From the IMG/VR virus record IMGVR_UViG_3300013426_000028, positions 31,643 to 95,642 of that record: DNA of 64,000 bases; one strand, given 5' to 3'. This stretch comes from a virus (lineage: Duplodnaviria; Caudoviricetes). A program made the position numbers and the translations under genes. Of the stretch, positions 1 to 9,087 are shown one piece after another (the first letter of the stretch is position 1; each line of letters starts with the position of its first letter). The notes under the pieces were generated by a model. It ran no database searches and was not told the DNA's origin. It saw only the letters and a program-made list of their open reading frames with translations.

Positions 1-354
1 TATGTTGACTTCAGAGGATATAACTTAATTTATGGTTATATGGAAGGAACAAAGCAATTTAAAGCAAATGTTAATAATCCATTATATCATAGAGTAGGAG
101 ACACAATTCAAACACGTATCAATAGTATTAAAGCTAAAGAAATGTGTGAAATTCACGATATTAAATGGGTTCCAATTTTAGAAGAAAACTTCATTCTTCC
201 TGATACCATGGAAGAATTAAAGCAACAAGCTACTGGGGCATCAGTTATTAATCCTGGCGTATTAAGAGAAGGACTTGTTTATCGTTCAACAACCGATCCA
301 GAGTTCTCATTTAAAAATGTTTCAAGAGAATATTTATTAAGCAAGGGGGAATAG
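1..354 (+). CDS. RNA ligase, Rnl2/DRB0094 family (C-terminal part; gene starts before the window)
   Basis: Frame open from nt 1 (YVDFRGYNL...); ends with REGLVYRS...SFKNVSREYLL, resembling ligase motifs IV and V. Confidence 0.8.
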   Translation, partial: YVDFRGYNLIYGYMEGTKQFKANVNNPLYHRVGDTIQTRINSIKAKEMCEIHDIKWVPILEENFILPDTMEELKQQATGASVINPGVLREGLVYRSTTDPEFSFKNVSREYLLSKGE

Positions 355-358
355 AATT

Positions 359-1543
359 ATGTGGCATAGAAAGAATTCTGTCTATTTAGACGGAGCTTCT
401 AATACCCCTGTTGAACCAAAAGTATTTAAAGCAATGCGTCCATATTTAACTGGGCGCTTTGTTGGTAATACCGCTTCAACACATGAATTTGGTGAAAAAG
501 CGTTCACAGTATTAGAAAACGGTAGAGACAAATTAAGTCAATTAATAGGATGCGAACCTGATGAAGTTTATTTTACTTCTGGAGCAACTGAAGGTAATAA
601 CTGGGTTCTTCAAGGCTTAGCATTACACGAAAAAATTTATAATAATATGAAAAGAAATCATATTATTGTATCATGTGTAGAGCATTCTTCTATATTAAAT
701 ACTTGTAAAGAACTTGAAAAATGGGGGTTTGAAGTTGATTACTTACCAATTAATAAAAAGCGTGGCGGAGTTGTCACCGCTGCAACTTTAAAACAACATT
801 TGAGGCAAACAACTTTATTAGTATGTATTATGGCGGTTAACAATGAAATAGGTTCTAATAATACTATTGCTGCTTTAGGAAGAGTGGTACAAAAGAGTAA
901 TGCTTTCTTCTTATGTGATTGTACTCAAGCGTTATCATACGGCGGCAAAGATATGAAAATAGCAGAAAGATTTTATAATATTGATTATTTAACTTTCTCA
1001 GGACATAAAATATATGGTCCAACTGGCACAGGTTGTTTAATTGCTCGCAAAAGAGCTCCGTTATATTGTATGATACACGGAGGTTCTCAAGAAGATGGTT
1101 TACGTGGTGGAACAATTAACTTGGCAGGCGTTGTGGGCCTAATAGAAGCTTATTCACAAATGTCTAAACACGATTATTTCAAACATTATGCATCTTTATA
1201 TGAATATCTTTTAAAAAGAATTAAAGAAGAGAATTTACCTATCGTTCTTAATGTGGAACCAACTGTTTATTCAATTATTAGTATTAGATTAGAAACTGAT
1301 AAAATAGCTTTTTCTGAAAATTACACATTTGCTGATGCGTTAGCGGTACAAGGAATTGCTTGCTCTTCTACATCAGCTTGTGATGAAAAAAATCCTGATG
1401 AGCATCATTTGTCTCATGTATTAAAAGCTTTAGGTTTATCAAATTTAGATATTGCACGATCTGCAAGATTATCTTTTACAAAATATAATACTAAAAAAGA
1501 CATAGATTTATTAATAAAAGCGGTCAAAAAAATCATTGCCTAA
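359..1543 (+). CDS. iscS: Cysteine desulfurase (IscS/NifS family, PLP-dependent)
   Basis: YLDGASNTP, FTSGATEGNN, PLP lysine SGHKIYGP, catalytic Cys loop SSTSAC, RLSF near the C-terminus. Confidence 0.93.
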   Translation: MWHRKNSVYLDGASNTPVEPKVFKAMRPYLTGRFVGNTASTHEFGEKAFTVLENGRDKLSQLIGCEPDEVYFTSGATEGNNWVLQGLALHEKIYNNMKRNHIIVSCVEHSSILNTCKELEKWGFEVDYLPINKKRGGVVTAATLKQHLRQTTLLVCIMAVNNEIGSNNTIAALGRVVQKSNAFFLCDCTQALSYGGKDMKIAERFYNIDYLTFSGHKIYGPTGTGCLIARKRAPLYCMIHGGSQEDGLRGGTINLAGVVGLIEAYSQMSKHDYFKHYASLYEYLLKRIKEENLPIVLNVEPTVYSIISIRLETDKIAFSENYTFADALAVQGIACSSTSACDEKNPDEHHLSHVLKALGLSNLDIARSARLSFTKYNTKKDIDLLIKAVKKIIA

Positions 1544-1658
1544 AAATACTCAGAAAATGCTAGAAAATTTTACAAAATGAAAAACTCTAGCATTTCTGCA
1601 TTATTTCAATAAAAACTATGACAAAAATAATATATTTATTATTTTTATAAAAAAACAC

Positions 1659-1686
1659 TTGATTTTAAAAAATATTTTGCTATAAT
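1659..1686 (+). promoter_or_regulatory. sigmaA-type promoter
   Basis: TTGATT-16bp-TATAAT upstream of RBS and ATG 1715. Confidence 0.75.
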
Positions 1687-1714
1687 AAATAGTGAAGAAA
1701 GGAGATTAAAATTT

Positions 1715-2326
1715 ATGGGATTAGACATCGGTTTTAGAGTATGGGACAAAACTCCCGAAGGTAGATTAGTTGAGCATAAGTTATCAGAGGCTGATTATTG
1801 GGACTCTGGTTCTTGTGGCAGATGTGAAATGAATTATGCTTGGAATTATGGATGCAAGGATGATTACGAAAAAAAGATTTATTCTTCGCCTGTATTCTCT
1901 AAAGAGTTTGACGGATACGCACAAACAGAAGGAGATCCTGCTGGAAACAGCTGGACCAATAAATATGTTTATGTTAACTTTGAAGATTTCAGAAAAGTTA
2001 TCAATGCTAAAATTGAAGAAGTTGACAAAGAGCATTCTGATTGGAGCCTTCGTTTATTAAGAGAGCAAGCCAATATGAAACACGAAATCAAAGAATATCG
2101 TGACCTTCAATTAAGATGTACCGAAGAAAATGCTTATGCCTTCGATCGTTTCCAAGAAGAGATTAACAAATTGAAAGAAGCTATTGCATATAGTGAAGAA
2201 ACGTATCGTAATCTTGATAAAGAAGATTATGATTATTCAAAAGCTATGGCTTGCAAGCGTATGCTTGAATTAATGGCAAAGTTTATTAAAGAAGGATATG
2301 TCGTTACAACATATTATTCTGATTAA
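1715..2326 (+). CDS. Hypothetical phage protein (MGLD... family)
   Basis: 203-aa ORF with AAGGAG RBS. Confidence 0.8.
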   Translation: MGLDIGFRVWDKTPEGRLVEHKLSEADYWDSGSCGRCEMNYAWNYGCKDDYEKKIYSSPVFSKEFDGYAQTEGDPAGNSWTNKYVYVNFEDFRKVINAKIEEVDKEHSDWSLRLLREQANMKHEIKEYRDLQLRCTEENAYAFDRFQEEINKLKEAIAYSEETYRNLDKEDYDYSKAMACKRMLELMAKFIKEGYVVTTYYSD

Positions 2327-2358
2327 TAAATAGTAAAAAACAAAAAAGGAGAATTTTA

Positions 2359-2841
2359 ATGAGTCGTAAACGTTTTGATGATGATGAAGATTTCTATGAA
2401 CCTCGTAACAAGAAAAAAACTAAAAAAGGTCGCACAGGACTAGGAGAGCAATTTGCTAGTATCACAGAGAATACCGAAGATGTATTTGAAAATACTAACA
2501 CTGTGACATTCGGAAGATTTTGTTCTAACGATCAAAGAAAGAATAAAACTTTCGTTCAACCAGATCCAGCACCTAAGAGAGTTGAAACTCCAAGATACAC
2601 TCCTCAACCTAATAAGACACCTATTCCTGTCAACATCTTGAGAGTTAACAATAGAGACATAGATCTGACGACAGCTAAAGGCATCTTTAAACAACCTGAC
2701 GAGTTATCCTTATTAATTAAATATAATGACGGGTCAGAAGAAGTTATTTCTTTCAAAGATAAGAACTTCACAACAAAGATGTTCTATAGAGCATTAGGTT
2801 TCATTAAAAATCAAAAAAGAATTAATAAAGAGAGAAAGTAA
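2359..2841 (+). CDS. Hypothetical protein
   Basis: 160-aa ORF with RBS. Confidence 0.75.
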   Translation: MSRKRFDDDEDFYEPRNKKKTKKGRTGLGEQFASITENTEDVFENTNTVTFGRFCSNDQRKNKTFVQPDPAPKRVETPRYTPQPNKTPIPVNILRVNNRDIDLTTAKGIFKQPDELSLLIKYNDGSEEVISFKDKNFTTKMFYRALGFIKNQKRINKERK

Positions 2842-2858
2842 AAATTCTCTCTTTTTTT
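2828..2858 (+). terminator. Intrinsic terminator
   Basis: AAGAGAGAA/TTCTCTCTT hairpin plus T tract. Confidence 0.75.
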
Positions 2859-2859
2859 C

Positions 2860-2887
2860 TTGACTTTTATAAATAATCCTATATACT
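2860..2887 (+). promoter_or_regulatory. sigmaA-type promoter
   Basis: TTGACT-16bp-TATACT. Confidence 0.75.
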
Positions 2888-2957
2888 ATTATTGTAAATC
2901 AACAAAAACAGCTAAATAAAATTACCATTTTATTTTAGCGGAAAGGATGAAAAATTT

Positions 2958-3146
2958 ATGTTATTTATACTTTTAGTAGATTTGTTAGTAGGACTTGCGA
3001 TTATTTTATTGTTACCCGCTGTAGCAATCTTATGGGTAGGAGCATTCGCAGCTATACCTGCATGGCTTAATATTACTTGCTTGTCTATTATAACTTTTAT
3101 TTCATTAATAATTTTAATTGGTTTATTAGTTTCTGACCATAACTAA
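2958..3146 (+). CDS. Small membrane protein (2 TM)
   Basis: 62 aa, almost entirely hydrophobic, with RBS. Confidence 0.7.
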   Translation: MLFILLVDLLVGLAIILLLPAVAILWVGAFAAIPAWLNITCLSIITFISLIILIGLLVSDHN

Positions 3147-3166
3147 AGAAAAGAGGAAAAATACAA

Positions 3167-3484
3167 ATGAATGATAACATTATGAAGATTGAAGATTTTA
3201 CAAACAAACTTGTGCTTGTGGCTTTTAAAGATAAGTCAACAGCAAATGGTTGGTTAGTACGTGATGATAAGAAAAAAGGAAAATATCTTATTTTATCATG
3301 CTTTGATAATAAGATCACCACTTTCTCTTTGTCACAAATCAAATATCTTGCTTATATAAATGGAGCTTGCTTTTTTAAATACCAAGGGAAAAATATTTTC
3401 AAAGTGGTATATATGCCAAATGAATTATCTTACGAGTCATACGGAAAACTTCAAAGACTTGCAGAAACAGGAGAAATAAATTAA
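3167..3484 (+). CDS. Hypothetical protein
   Basis: ORF with RBS in a tightly packed operon. Confidence 0.7.
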   Translation: MNDNIMKIEDFTNKLVLVAFKDKSTANGWLVRDDKKKGKYLILSCFDNKITTFSLSQIKYLAYINGACFFKYQGKNIFKVVYMPNELSYESYGKLQRLAETGEIN

Positions 3485-3485
3485 T

Positions 3486-3812
3486 ATGTGGAAATATAAT
3501 AATGAACGATTTGTTGTGTTAGATACAGGAGATATTATTGATACTTGTTCTTGGGGCTGTCAGGGCTGGGGAGACAGTTATCAAACACATTTAGAAATTG
3601 AAGGTAACAAAGTATATGTCACTTACTGGACCGCAGGCGATTATGATTATAATGACGAGTTTGATAAACTATTTCTTGGTAATATCGTCTATAGTTCTAA
3701 TAAACCTTTCTTAGTCAAAGAGTCTGTTCTGTCAAGAACTCCAACAATTACCTATGATGAATATAATTTAGACCTATCAGACTTCATAGGGGAGATACGA
3801 GGCAATGAGTAA
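3486..3812 (+). CDS. Hypothetical protein
   Basis: Translationally coupled ORF. Confidence 0.7.
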   Translation: MWKYNNERFVVLDTGDIIDTCSWGCQGWGDSYQTHLEIEGNKVYVTYWTAGDYDYNDEFDKLFLGNIVYSSNKPFLVKESVLSRTPTITYDEYNLDLSDFIGEIRGNE

Positions 3813-4041
3813 CAAAAGTGTTATTAGTATTCAACCTTCTGAAAAAGAACTCTGGGATAAAGCTAACACACAAGGTTATGTGTGGATTAAGTCTGATACT
3901 GGATTTATTACTAAAGATGAATTAGATACTTATAGTAGATTAGAAACCGTATGGTATAAAGTATGGCTGCATCAAGAAGACTATGGTTCTAAATGGGCTC
4001 TGACAAGGGAGGAGTTGGAAAATGGATACAAACTTAATTAA
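3805..4041 (+). CDS. Hypothetical protein with C-terminal DYGxxWALTxEEL motif
   Basis: Motif shared with 4640..5014. Confidence 0.7.
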   Translation: MSNKSVISIQPSEKELWDKANTQGYVWIKSDTGFITKDELDTYSRLETVWYKVWLHQEDYGSKWALTREELENGYKLN

Positions 4042-4288
4042 AATTGAATTCACCTACAGGCAATGGGAAATAATATTGGATACTATAAAAAATGAATATT
4101 GTGAAAATATGGAAGTTTATAATGAGTTAAATTCAATTAGTTCTGAAACTTTATCAAAATTAGACGGTCGAGAACTAGAGGTATATAAAAATCAATTGAA
4201 TTACATAAAAACTATTGTAGAAACAAAGCAAGAAATTATATCTGTGATTAAGCAAGAATTAAAGAAAGAGGTGTTAAAAAATGATTAA
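4022..4288 (+). CDS. Hypothetical protein
   Basis: Overlapping ORF with RBS. Confidence 0.7.
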   Translation: MDTNLIKIEFTYRQWEIILDTIKNEYCENMEVYNELNSISSETLSKLDGRELEVYKNQLNYIKTIVETKQEIISVIKQELKKEVLKND

Positions 4289-4625
4289 AGTAACTGCTAA
4301 GACTGATGAAAATTTATATTTTACTTACATGCTTTATCCTATGTTATCTGATGGTTGTTATGTCATTGCTTGTTTTAATTATAATGATAAACATAATACA
4401 TATTTCTTTTTAGAAGATATTAAATCAATAGAAAAACAAGTATCAGATTTAACCATATCTGAAATGCATATGCTTGGTATGCATACGATAAATATTGACG
4501 ATGATACAGTTCAATTTGATCCTGCTGAATTTCGAGTAACAGATTTCATAAATGTTACACAACACGTTAAAGACTGCCTTAAAAGAGCAGCACTGGTATT
4601 TAATGATTATGATATTGATAAATAA
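4281..4625 (+). CDS. Hypothetical protein
   Basis: Overlapping ORF with RBS. Confidence 0.7.
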   Translation: MIKVTAKTDENLYFTYMLYPMLSDGCYVIACFNYNDKHNTYFFLEDIKSIEKQVSDLTISEMHMLGMHTINIDDDTVQFDPAEFRVTDFINVTQHVKDCLKRAALVFNDYDIDK

Positions 4626-4639
4626 GGAAGGATAAAATT

Positions 4640-5014
4640 ATGAAAAGATTAACACAAAAAACTTTATATGATGGTGAAGAACTTTATGGCTCAATAGATG
4701 TACCCTGTGATGATTTAGATTATTTAGAATTAGTATACGATAAATTAGGTAAATTAGAAGATATAGAAGAAGAAATTGGTATTGATTTAATTACTTTATT
4801 TAAAACACAAATGCAAGACACAATTTACTATAAGGGTTATCAGTTCGATTATAAAATTAAAGAATGTTATGTTATCAATGTTGCTAGAGTTTATAGAAAC
4901 AAAAAACCTGTATATGTACTTCTGTTAAATAATGATGAGTGGATATGTGGTATATCAGTATATGCTAGTGATTATGGTAAAACTTGGGCATTAACTAAGG
5001 AGGAATTAAAATAA
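4640..5014 (+). CDS. Conserved phage hypothetical protein (MKRLT...KLGKLEDIEE...DYGKTWALTKEE)
   Basis: 124-aa ORF with RBS. Confidence 0.75.
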   Translation: MKRLTQKTLYDGEELYGSIDVPCDDLDYLELVYDKLGKLEDIEEEIGIDLITLFKTQMQDTIYYKGYQFDYKIKECYVINVARVYRNKKPVYVLLLNNDEWICGISVYASDYGKTWALTKEELK

Positions 5015-5145
5015 TGTATTTAATAGACTGGGTTCAAGAATGGGCTAAGATAGAAACAATTAGTGCATATATCGGTTATGGATTATTAGGATTGGCGGTA
5101 TTAATAGTATTAATTGGTATAATTATATTGTTAATTAAAGGTTAA
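5014..5145 (+). CDS. 43-aa single-TM membrane peptide (not in ORF track)
   Basis: AAGGAGG RBS, TAATG overlap; MYLIDWVQEWAKIETISAYIGYGLLGLAVLIVLIGIIILLIKG fills the gap exactly. Confidence 0.75.
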   Translation: MYLIDWVQEWAKIETISAYIGYGLLGLAVLIVLIGIIILLIKG

Positions 5146-5161
5146 AGGAGGAATTGAAATA

Positions 5162-5377
5162 ATGGCTTATTTAAGAGTTTGGATGTTAGATAAATTAATA
5201 GTAAAATCTGAAATCAGTGATGATTATGCAGATCAAATGATAATGAATTATAAAAAATGTTATAAAAATTACGAGGTACATAAATATAATACTGATGCTG
5301 ATATTTTAGTTGAAGATGCAATGTTTATATTTAATAATATGTATGTAATTATAACTAAGGAGCGACCAGAACGATGA
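5162..5377 (+). CDS. Hypothetical protein
   Basis: AAGGAGG RBS. Confidence 0.7.
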   Translation: MAYLRVWMLDKLIVKSEISDDYADQMIMNYKKCYKNYEVHKYNTDADILVEDAMFIFNNMYVIITKERPER

Positions 5378-5577
5378 GAATTAAATGGCATAATTTATAT
5401 AATACAATATACAACACGTTAAATAAGAGACAAGTGAAAGAATTGACTTTAGCATTGGCAGTTCTGAAAGATGGAATGGATATCCTTTTTGAACTAGATG
5501 AATTATCTGATATATATAATTTTAAAGATATGAAAGAATTAGAAAATTTATTGAAAGGAATTGTGCAAAATGGATAA
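5374..5577 (+). CDS. Hypothetical protein
   Basis: ATGA overlap, RBS. Confidence 0.65.
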   Translation: MRIKWHNLYNTIYNTLNKRQVKELTLALAVLKDGMDILFELDELSDIYNFKDMKELENLLKGIVQNG

Positions 5578-5842
5578 TAAAGAGTTTGTTTTAGAAGCTT
5601 TAAAAAGGTTAATTCCTGATACCAGTTGGTGGGGAGAATCTAGACATGATGATGAATCAATTGACAGTATAGAATTATTAGAAGATATGTTTGATATTAT
5701 GTTAAGAGAACTTTTAAATGATTCAGTCGTTCCTGCTGGTAATAGAGGTAATGGCTCTTATGAGTCTATTGCAAAAGCAAAGCAAAAGGTTATAGAACAT
5801 ATTAGGGATTGTTTACCAAGCAATGAAGAAGGTGAAGAATAG
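5570..5842 (+). CDS. Hypothetical protein
   Basis: ATG 5570 behind AAAGGA. Confidence 0.7.
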   Translation: MDNKEFVLEALKRLIPDTSWWGESRHDDESIDSIELLEDMFDIMLRELLNDSVVPAGNRGNGSYESIAKAKQKVIEHIRDCLPSNEEGEE

Positions 5843-5843
5843 T

Positions 5844-6377
5844 ATGAATTATAAAGTTGAGATATTAAAATATCCAAAAGAAGAAGATTTGCTTTGGTGT
5901 AAACAATGTTGTTTAAATACAATAGGAAAATCAACAACAAAACAACCTACTGAAGAATGGTTAACTAAGCTTGTAGAAGCTGAACATAGTCCTATGAGAG
6001 AACTTTGGTTTGGTATTAAAATGACTATTCCTTATTATATTTCAAACCATTTTATACGCCATCACATAGGAGTTAACCATTATGTTCAGTCTCAAAGAAA
6101 TGACAGACAAACTAATTATGATCGAACTAAAGCTCCACAAGACGCAATGGTAAGTCATATAATGTCTATCAATGCTCAAGAATTAGTATTCATGGCACAT
6201 AAGAGATTATGTAATCAAGCAAGTCCTGAAACACATTTAATAATGCAAACAATCTGTGATGAAGTTATTAAAGTTGCACCTTATATGAAATCGGTTCTTG
6301 TACCATTATGCGTATATAGAAATAACAAATGCACCGAATTCTTCCCTTGTGCAAGAGCAAAAACTTTTAAAAAATAA
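5844..6377 (+). CDS. thyX: Flavin-dependent thymidylate synthase-like protein
   Basis: AEHSPMRE, HFIRHH...QSQR (variant RHRx7SxR), KRLCNQA, LVPLCVYR..CTEF. Confidence 0.8.
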   Translation: MNYKVEILKYPKEEDLLWCKQCCLNTIGKSTTKQPTEEWLTKLVEAEHSPMRELWFGIKMTIPYYISNHFIRHHIGVNHYVQSQRNDRQTNYDRTKAPQDAMVSHIMSINAQELVFMAHKRLCNQASPETHLIMQTICDEVIKVAPYMKSVLVPLCVYRNNKCTEFFPCARAKTFKK

Positions 6378-6379
6378 TT

Positions 6380-6424
6380 AAAGTCAATCAAAAAGGTTGA
6401 CTTTTTTTTATAATTAAGTATAAT
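6380..6424 (+). promoter_or_regulatory. Fused terminator/promoter (TTGACT is the 3' arm of the hairpin)
   Basis: AAAGTCAA...TTGACTTT plus T tract; TTGACT(6397)-16bp-TATAAT(6419). Confidence 0.75.
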
Positions 6425-6447
6425 GATGATAGAAATGAGGTGGCAAA

Positions 6448-7812
6448 ATGCTAACAAAAGAAAAATTAGAAGAAATCGTAAGCAGACCTGAATATGATTT
6501 TCTAAGAACTAATCCTAGATTAAAGGATAAAATCTTATTCTTGACTGTCGGAGGCAGCTATGCTTATGGAACTAATGTTGAAGGTTCAGATATCGACATT
6601 AGAGGAGTTGCGATGAATAGTATCGAAGATATTTTAGGCGGTACAACATTTGAACAATTCCAAAATGATGAAACTGACACAGTTATCTATTCAGTAAACA
6701 AGTTTATTAAATTAGTAACTGATTGTAATCCTAATGTTATTGAAATGTTATTTTGTGAGCCTGATCAATACATTTGGGTATCTCCATTAGGACAATTATT
6801 ATTAGATAACAAACATCTATTTTTATCTCAAAAAGCTTATTATACCTTTGGTGGATATGCTAGAGCACAATTAAATAGATTAGAAAATGCTTTATGTAGA
6901 GGCAACTACTTTACACAAGCACAAAAAGAAGAACATATTGCAAGAAGTGTAGAAAATTCTATTGATAGCTTTAGTGAAAGATATTCAGCAATGATACAAG
7001 GCAAAGGAAGTATCAAACTTCATACTGATAAAGTAGATGAAAATGGTGATAGGATCATCACAACTGATATGACAATGAAAGATGTCCCTTTAAGAGAAGT
7101 TCGTTCTATGTTAGAAGAAATGACTAATATTGTAAGAGATTATGACAAGTCTGGTGGCTGGAGAAATACAAAGAAAGATATCCCGCATCTAAACAAACAT
7201 ATTACGCATCTAGTAAGACTATATTATATGGGCATTGAAATTTTACAAACTGGTACTCTACATACTTATAGAAGTAAAGAACATCAATTATTAATGAGCA
7301 TCAGAAGTGGATTATTCTTAGACGAAAAGAATAATTTAAAACCCGAATTTTACACCGTATTAGATGATTTAGAAAATAAGTTAAAAACAGCTTTAGATAA
7401 TAGTAAATTACCTAAAAAAGCTAGACGTGATGAAATCAAACAATTACAAATTAAAATTAATTTATTAATGATTAAAATGGATGACTATAAAGAATATACG
7501 TTGCCAGAGTTTGATTTAGACAAAAAAGAAAAGGTTATTAACAATAAAAATTACAAAATTACTTTATCTGAAATTTTAGATATGAACCCAAACTATACCG
7601 CAATTCATTGTAATACCGAAGAAAAAGCAAATGCTTTATTAATAGTATTAAATAGAGTGGGAAAGGAATGGATTAGTGGAGATTCATATTTAGCAGAAAA
7701 TAATTGGCGATTTGAAAAAACTAAAACTTGCTATGGTTTAGATGGGTCATATGGAATTTCTGAATGGTATGATGATGTCTACGAATTCGATGATATTGAT
7801 TTAAATAATTAA
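6448..7812 (+). CDS. Pol-beta-like nucleotidyltransferase (RlaP/Nuc-transf type) with extra C-terminal phage domain
   Basis: GGSYAYGTNVEGSDIDIRGV, CNPNVIEML, KHITHLVRL. Confidence 0.85.
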   Translation: MLTKEKLEEIVSRPEYDFLRTNPRLKDKILFLTVGGSYAYGTNVEGSDIDIRGVAMNSIEDILGGTTFEQFQNDETDTVIYSVNKFIKLVTDCNPNVIEMLFCEPDQYIWVSPLGQLLLDNKHLFLSQKAYYTFGGYARAQLNRLENALCRGNYFTQAQKEEHIARSVENSIDSFSERYSAMIQGKGSIKLHTDKVDENGDRIITTDMTMKDVPLREVRSMLEEMTNIVRDYDKSGGWRNTKKDIPHLNKHITHLVRLYYMGIEILQTGTLHTYRSKEHQLLMSIRSGLFLDEKNNLKPEFYTVLDDLENKLKTALDNSKLPKKARRDEIKQLQIKINLLMIKMDDYKEYTLPEFDLDKKEKVINNKNYKITLSEILDMNPNYTAIHCNTEEKANALLIVLNRVGKEWISGDSYLAENNWRFEKTKTCYGLDGSYGISEWYDDVYEFDDIDLNN

Positions 7813-7829
7813 ATAAAAGGAGAATAAAA

Positions 7830-8657
7830 ATGAAAAAAATTAGTAGAAAAGAATTTCTAACAAAAGATATCTATATTACATATAACTCTAAAGAAGAATA
7901 TAAGAACATTTTAAAATTTATTGAAGACAATTTTGAATCTGTGAGATGGAATGCAGATGGTAGAAAACCAACTGAGTTTGATTTTAATGCGTGTGCAGAG
8001 AAGGCTTATTTAGGATTTATCAATATGGTTGATAATAAGCTTTTTGATACGTGCTATATACTATGGGATAATGAACATAAATTAATGCTGAACTTTTCTA
8101 ATTTTGTAGATATTGTTAACTCATTTAATATTGAACTTCTAACTGGATATGAAAAACAATATATTACAGATATAATAAAAGCGTCAAGATTAAAAGTTGA
8201 TTATGTAGTAAAGAAAAGTGCTGAATCAACATATGACCTTATTCGTTTTGAAGAAGATGGCGATGGTGTTACTACATTGTATCTCTATGCTATCGCCACA
8301 TTAGAAGATCTCGATGAAGGTGAAAAATATACTTTAGATGAATTAGGAATAGATATTTATGATGAAAAAGAAGAACATAAAATCACATTAAGCGAATTTT
8401 TCAAAAGTAGAGATCTAAAAGCTATTCACTGTAAGAATGTCGACCAAGTAAAAAAATTATATGCTGCTTCTGATAAACTCTATGAAAAAGGTATGACAGG
8501 AGGCAGACGTCTAGAAGAATTAGGAATAGATGCAACTTATAAGTTTTATAAATATCAAACTGCTTATACTAATAATGGAACTTATGGATACATATATGAT
8601 TTAGAAGATGATGGTGTTGAAATCTATGAGTTTAAAGATGTAGATTTAGATAACTAG
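7830..8657 (+). CDS. Hypothetical protein; C-terminal domain paralogous to the tail of 6448..7812
   Basis: KITLSE...AIHC...YG...YEFxDxDLxN in both proteins. Confidence 0.75.
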   Translation: MKKISRKEFLTKDIYITYNSKEEYKNILKFIEDNFESVRWNADGRKPTEFDFNACAEKAYLGFINMVDNKLFDTCYILWDNEHKLMLNFSNFVDIVNSFNIELLTGYEKQYITDIIKASRLKVDYVVKKSAESTYDLIRFEEDGDGVTTLYLYAIATLEDLDEGEKYTLDELGIDIYDEKEEHKITLSEFFKSRDLKAIHCKNVDQVKKLYAASDKLYEKGMTGGRRLEELGIDATYKFYKYQTAYTNNGTYGYIYDLEDDGVEIYEFKDVDLDN

Positions 8658-8688
8658 AAATATTCAGAAATAAGGAGAAATATAAAAA

Positions 8689-9081
8689 ATGAGAAAAAAA
8701 TTAGTAAAAATACTTACACCAAATACAAAAAGAGGAATTGACAATTTAATAGAATTAGCAGAAAAAGAAGGTCACGATAAAATCAGTGCTATAAGAATTT
8801 CTTTTAAAGGAAATAGAGAAATACTACATTGGAACGGTGAAGATGTTACAGTTACTGTTTCTTTAATAGGAAAATATAGATTAAAAAGTCGTGGAACAGG
8901 ATATCGTTGGGCAGCCACTCTTACTGTTTTTAGCGATATAGAAGCATATTATTTAGAATGTCTTAAATATGATTTTAATAAAGAAGAATGTGAAGTTGAA
9001 TTAAGCATCAAAGAATATGATGATGAAAAATATGTTATCTGTGAAAATTATCGTGAAATAGATTTAGCATTAGGAAAGTAA
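8689..9081 (+). CDS. Hypothetical protein
   Basis: 130-aa ORF with RBS. Confidence 0.7.
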   Translation: MRKKLVKILTPNTKRGIDNLIELAEKEGHDKISAIRISFKGNREILHWNGEDVTVTVSLIGKYRLKSRGTGYRWAATLTVFSDIEAYYLECLKYDFNKEECEVELSIKEYDDEKYVICENYREIDLALGK

Positions 9082-9087
9082 AATCTT

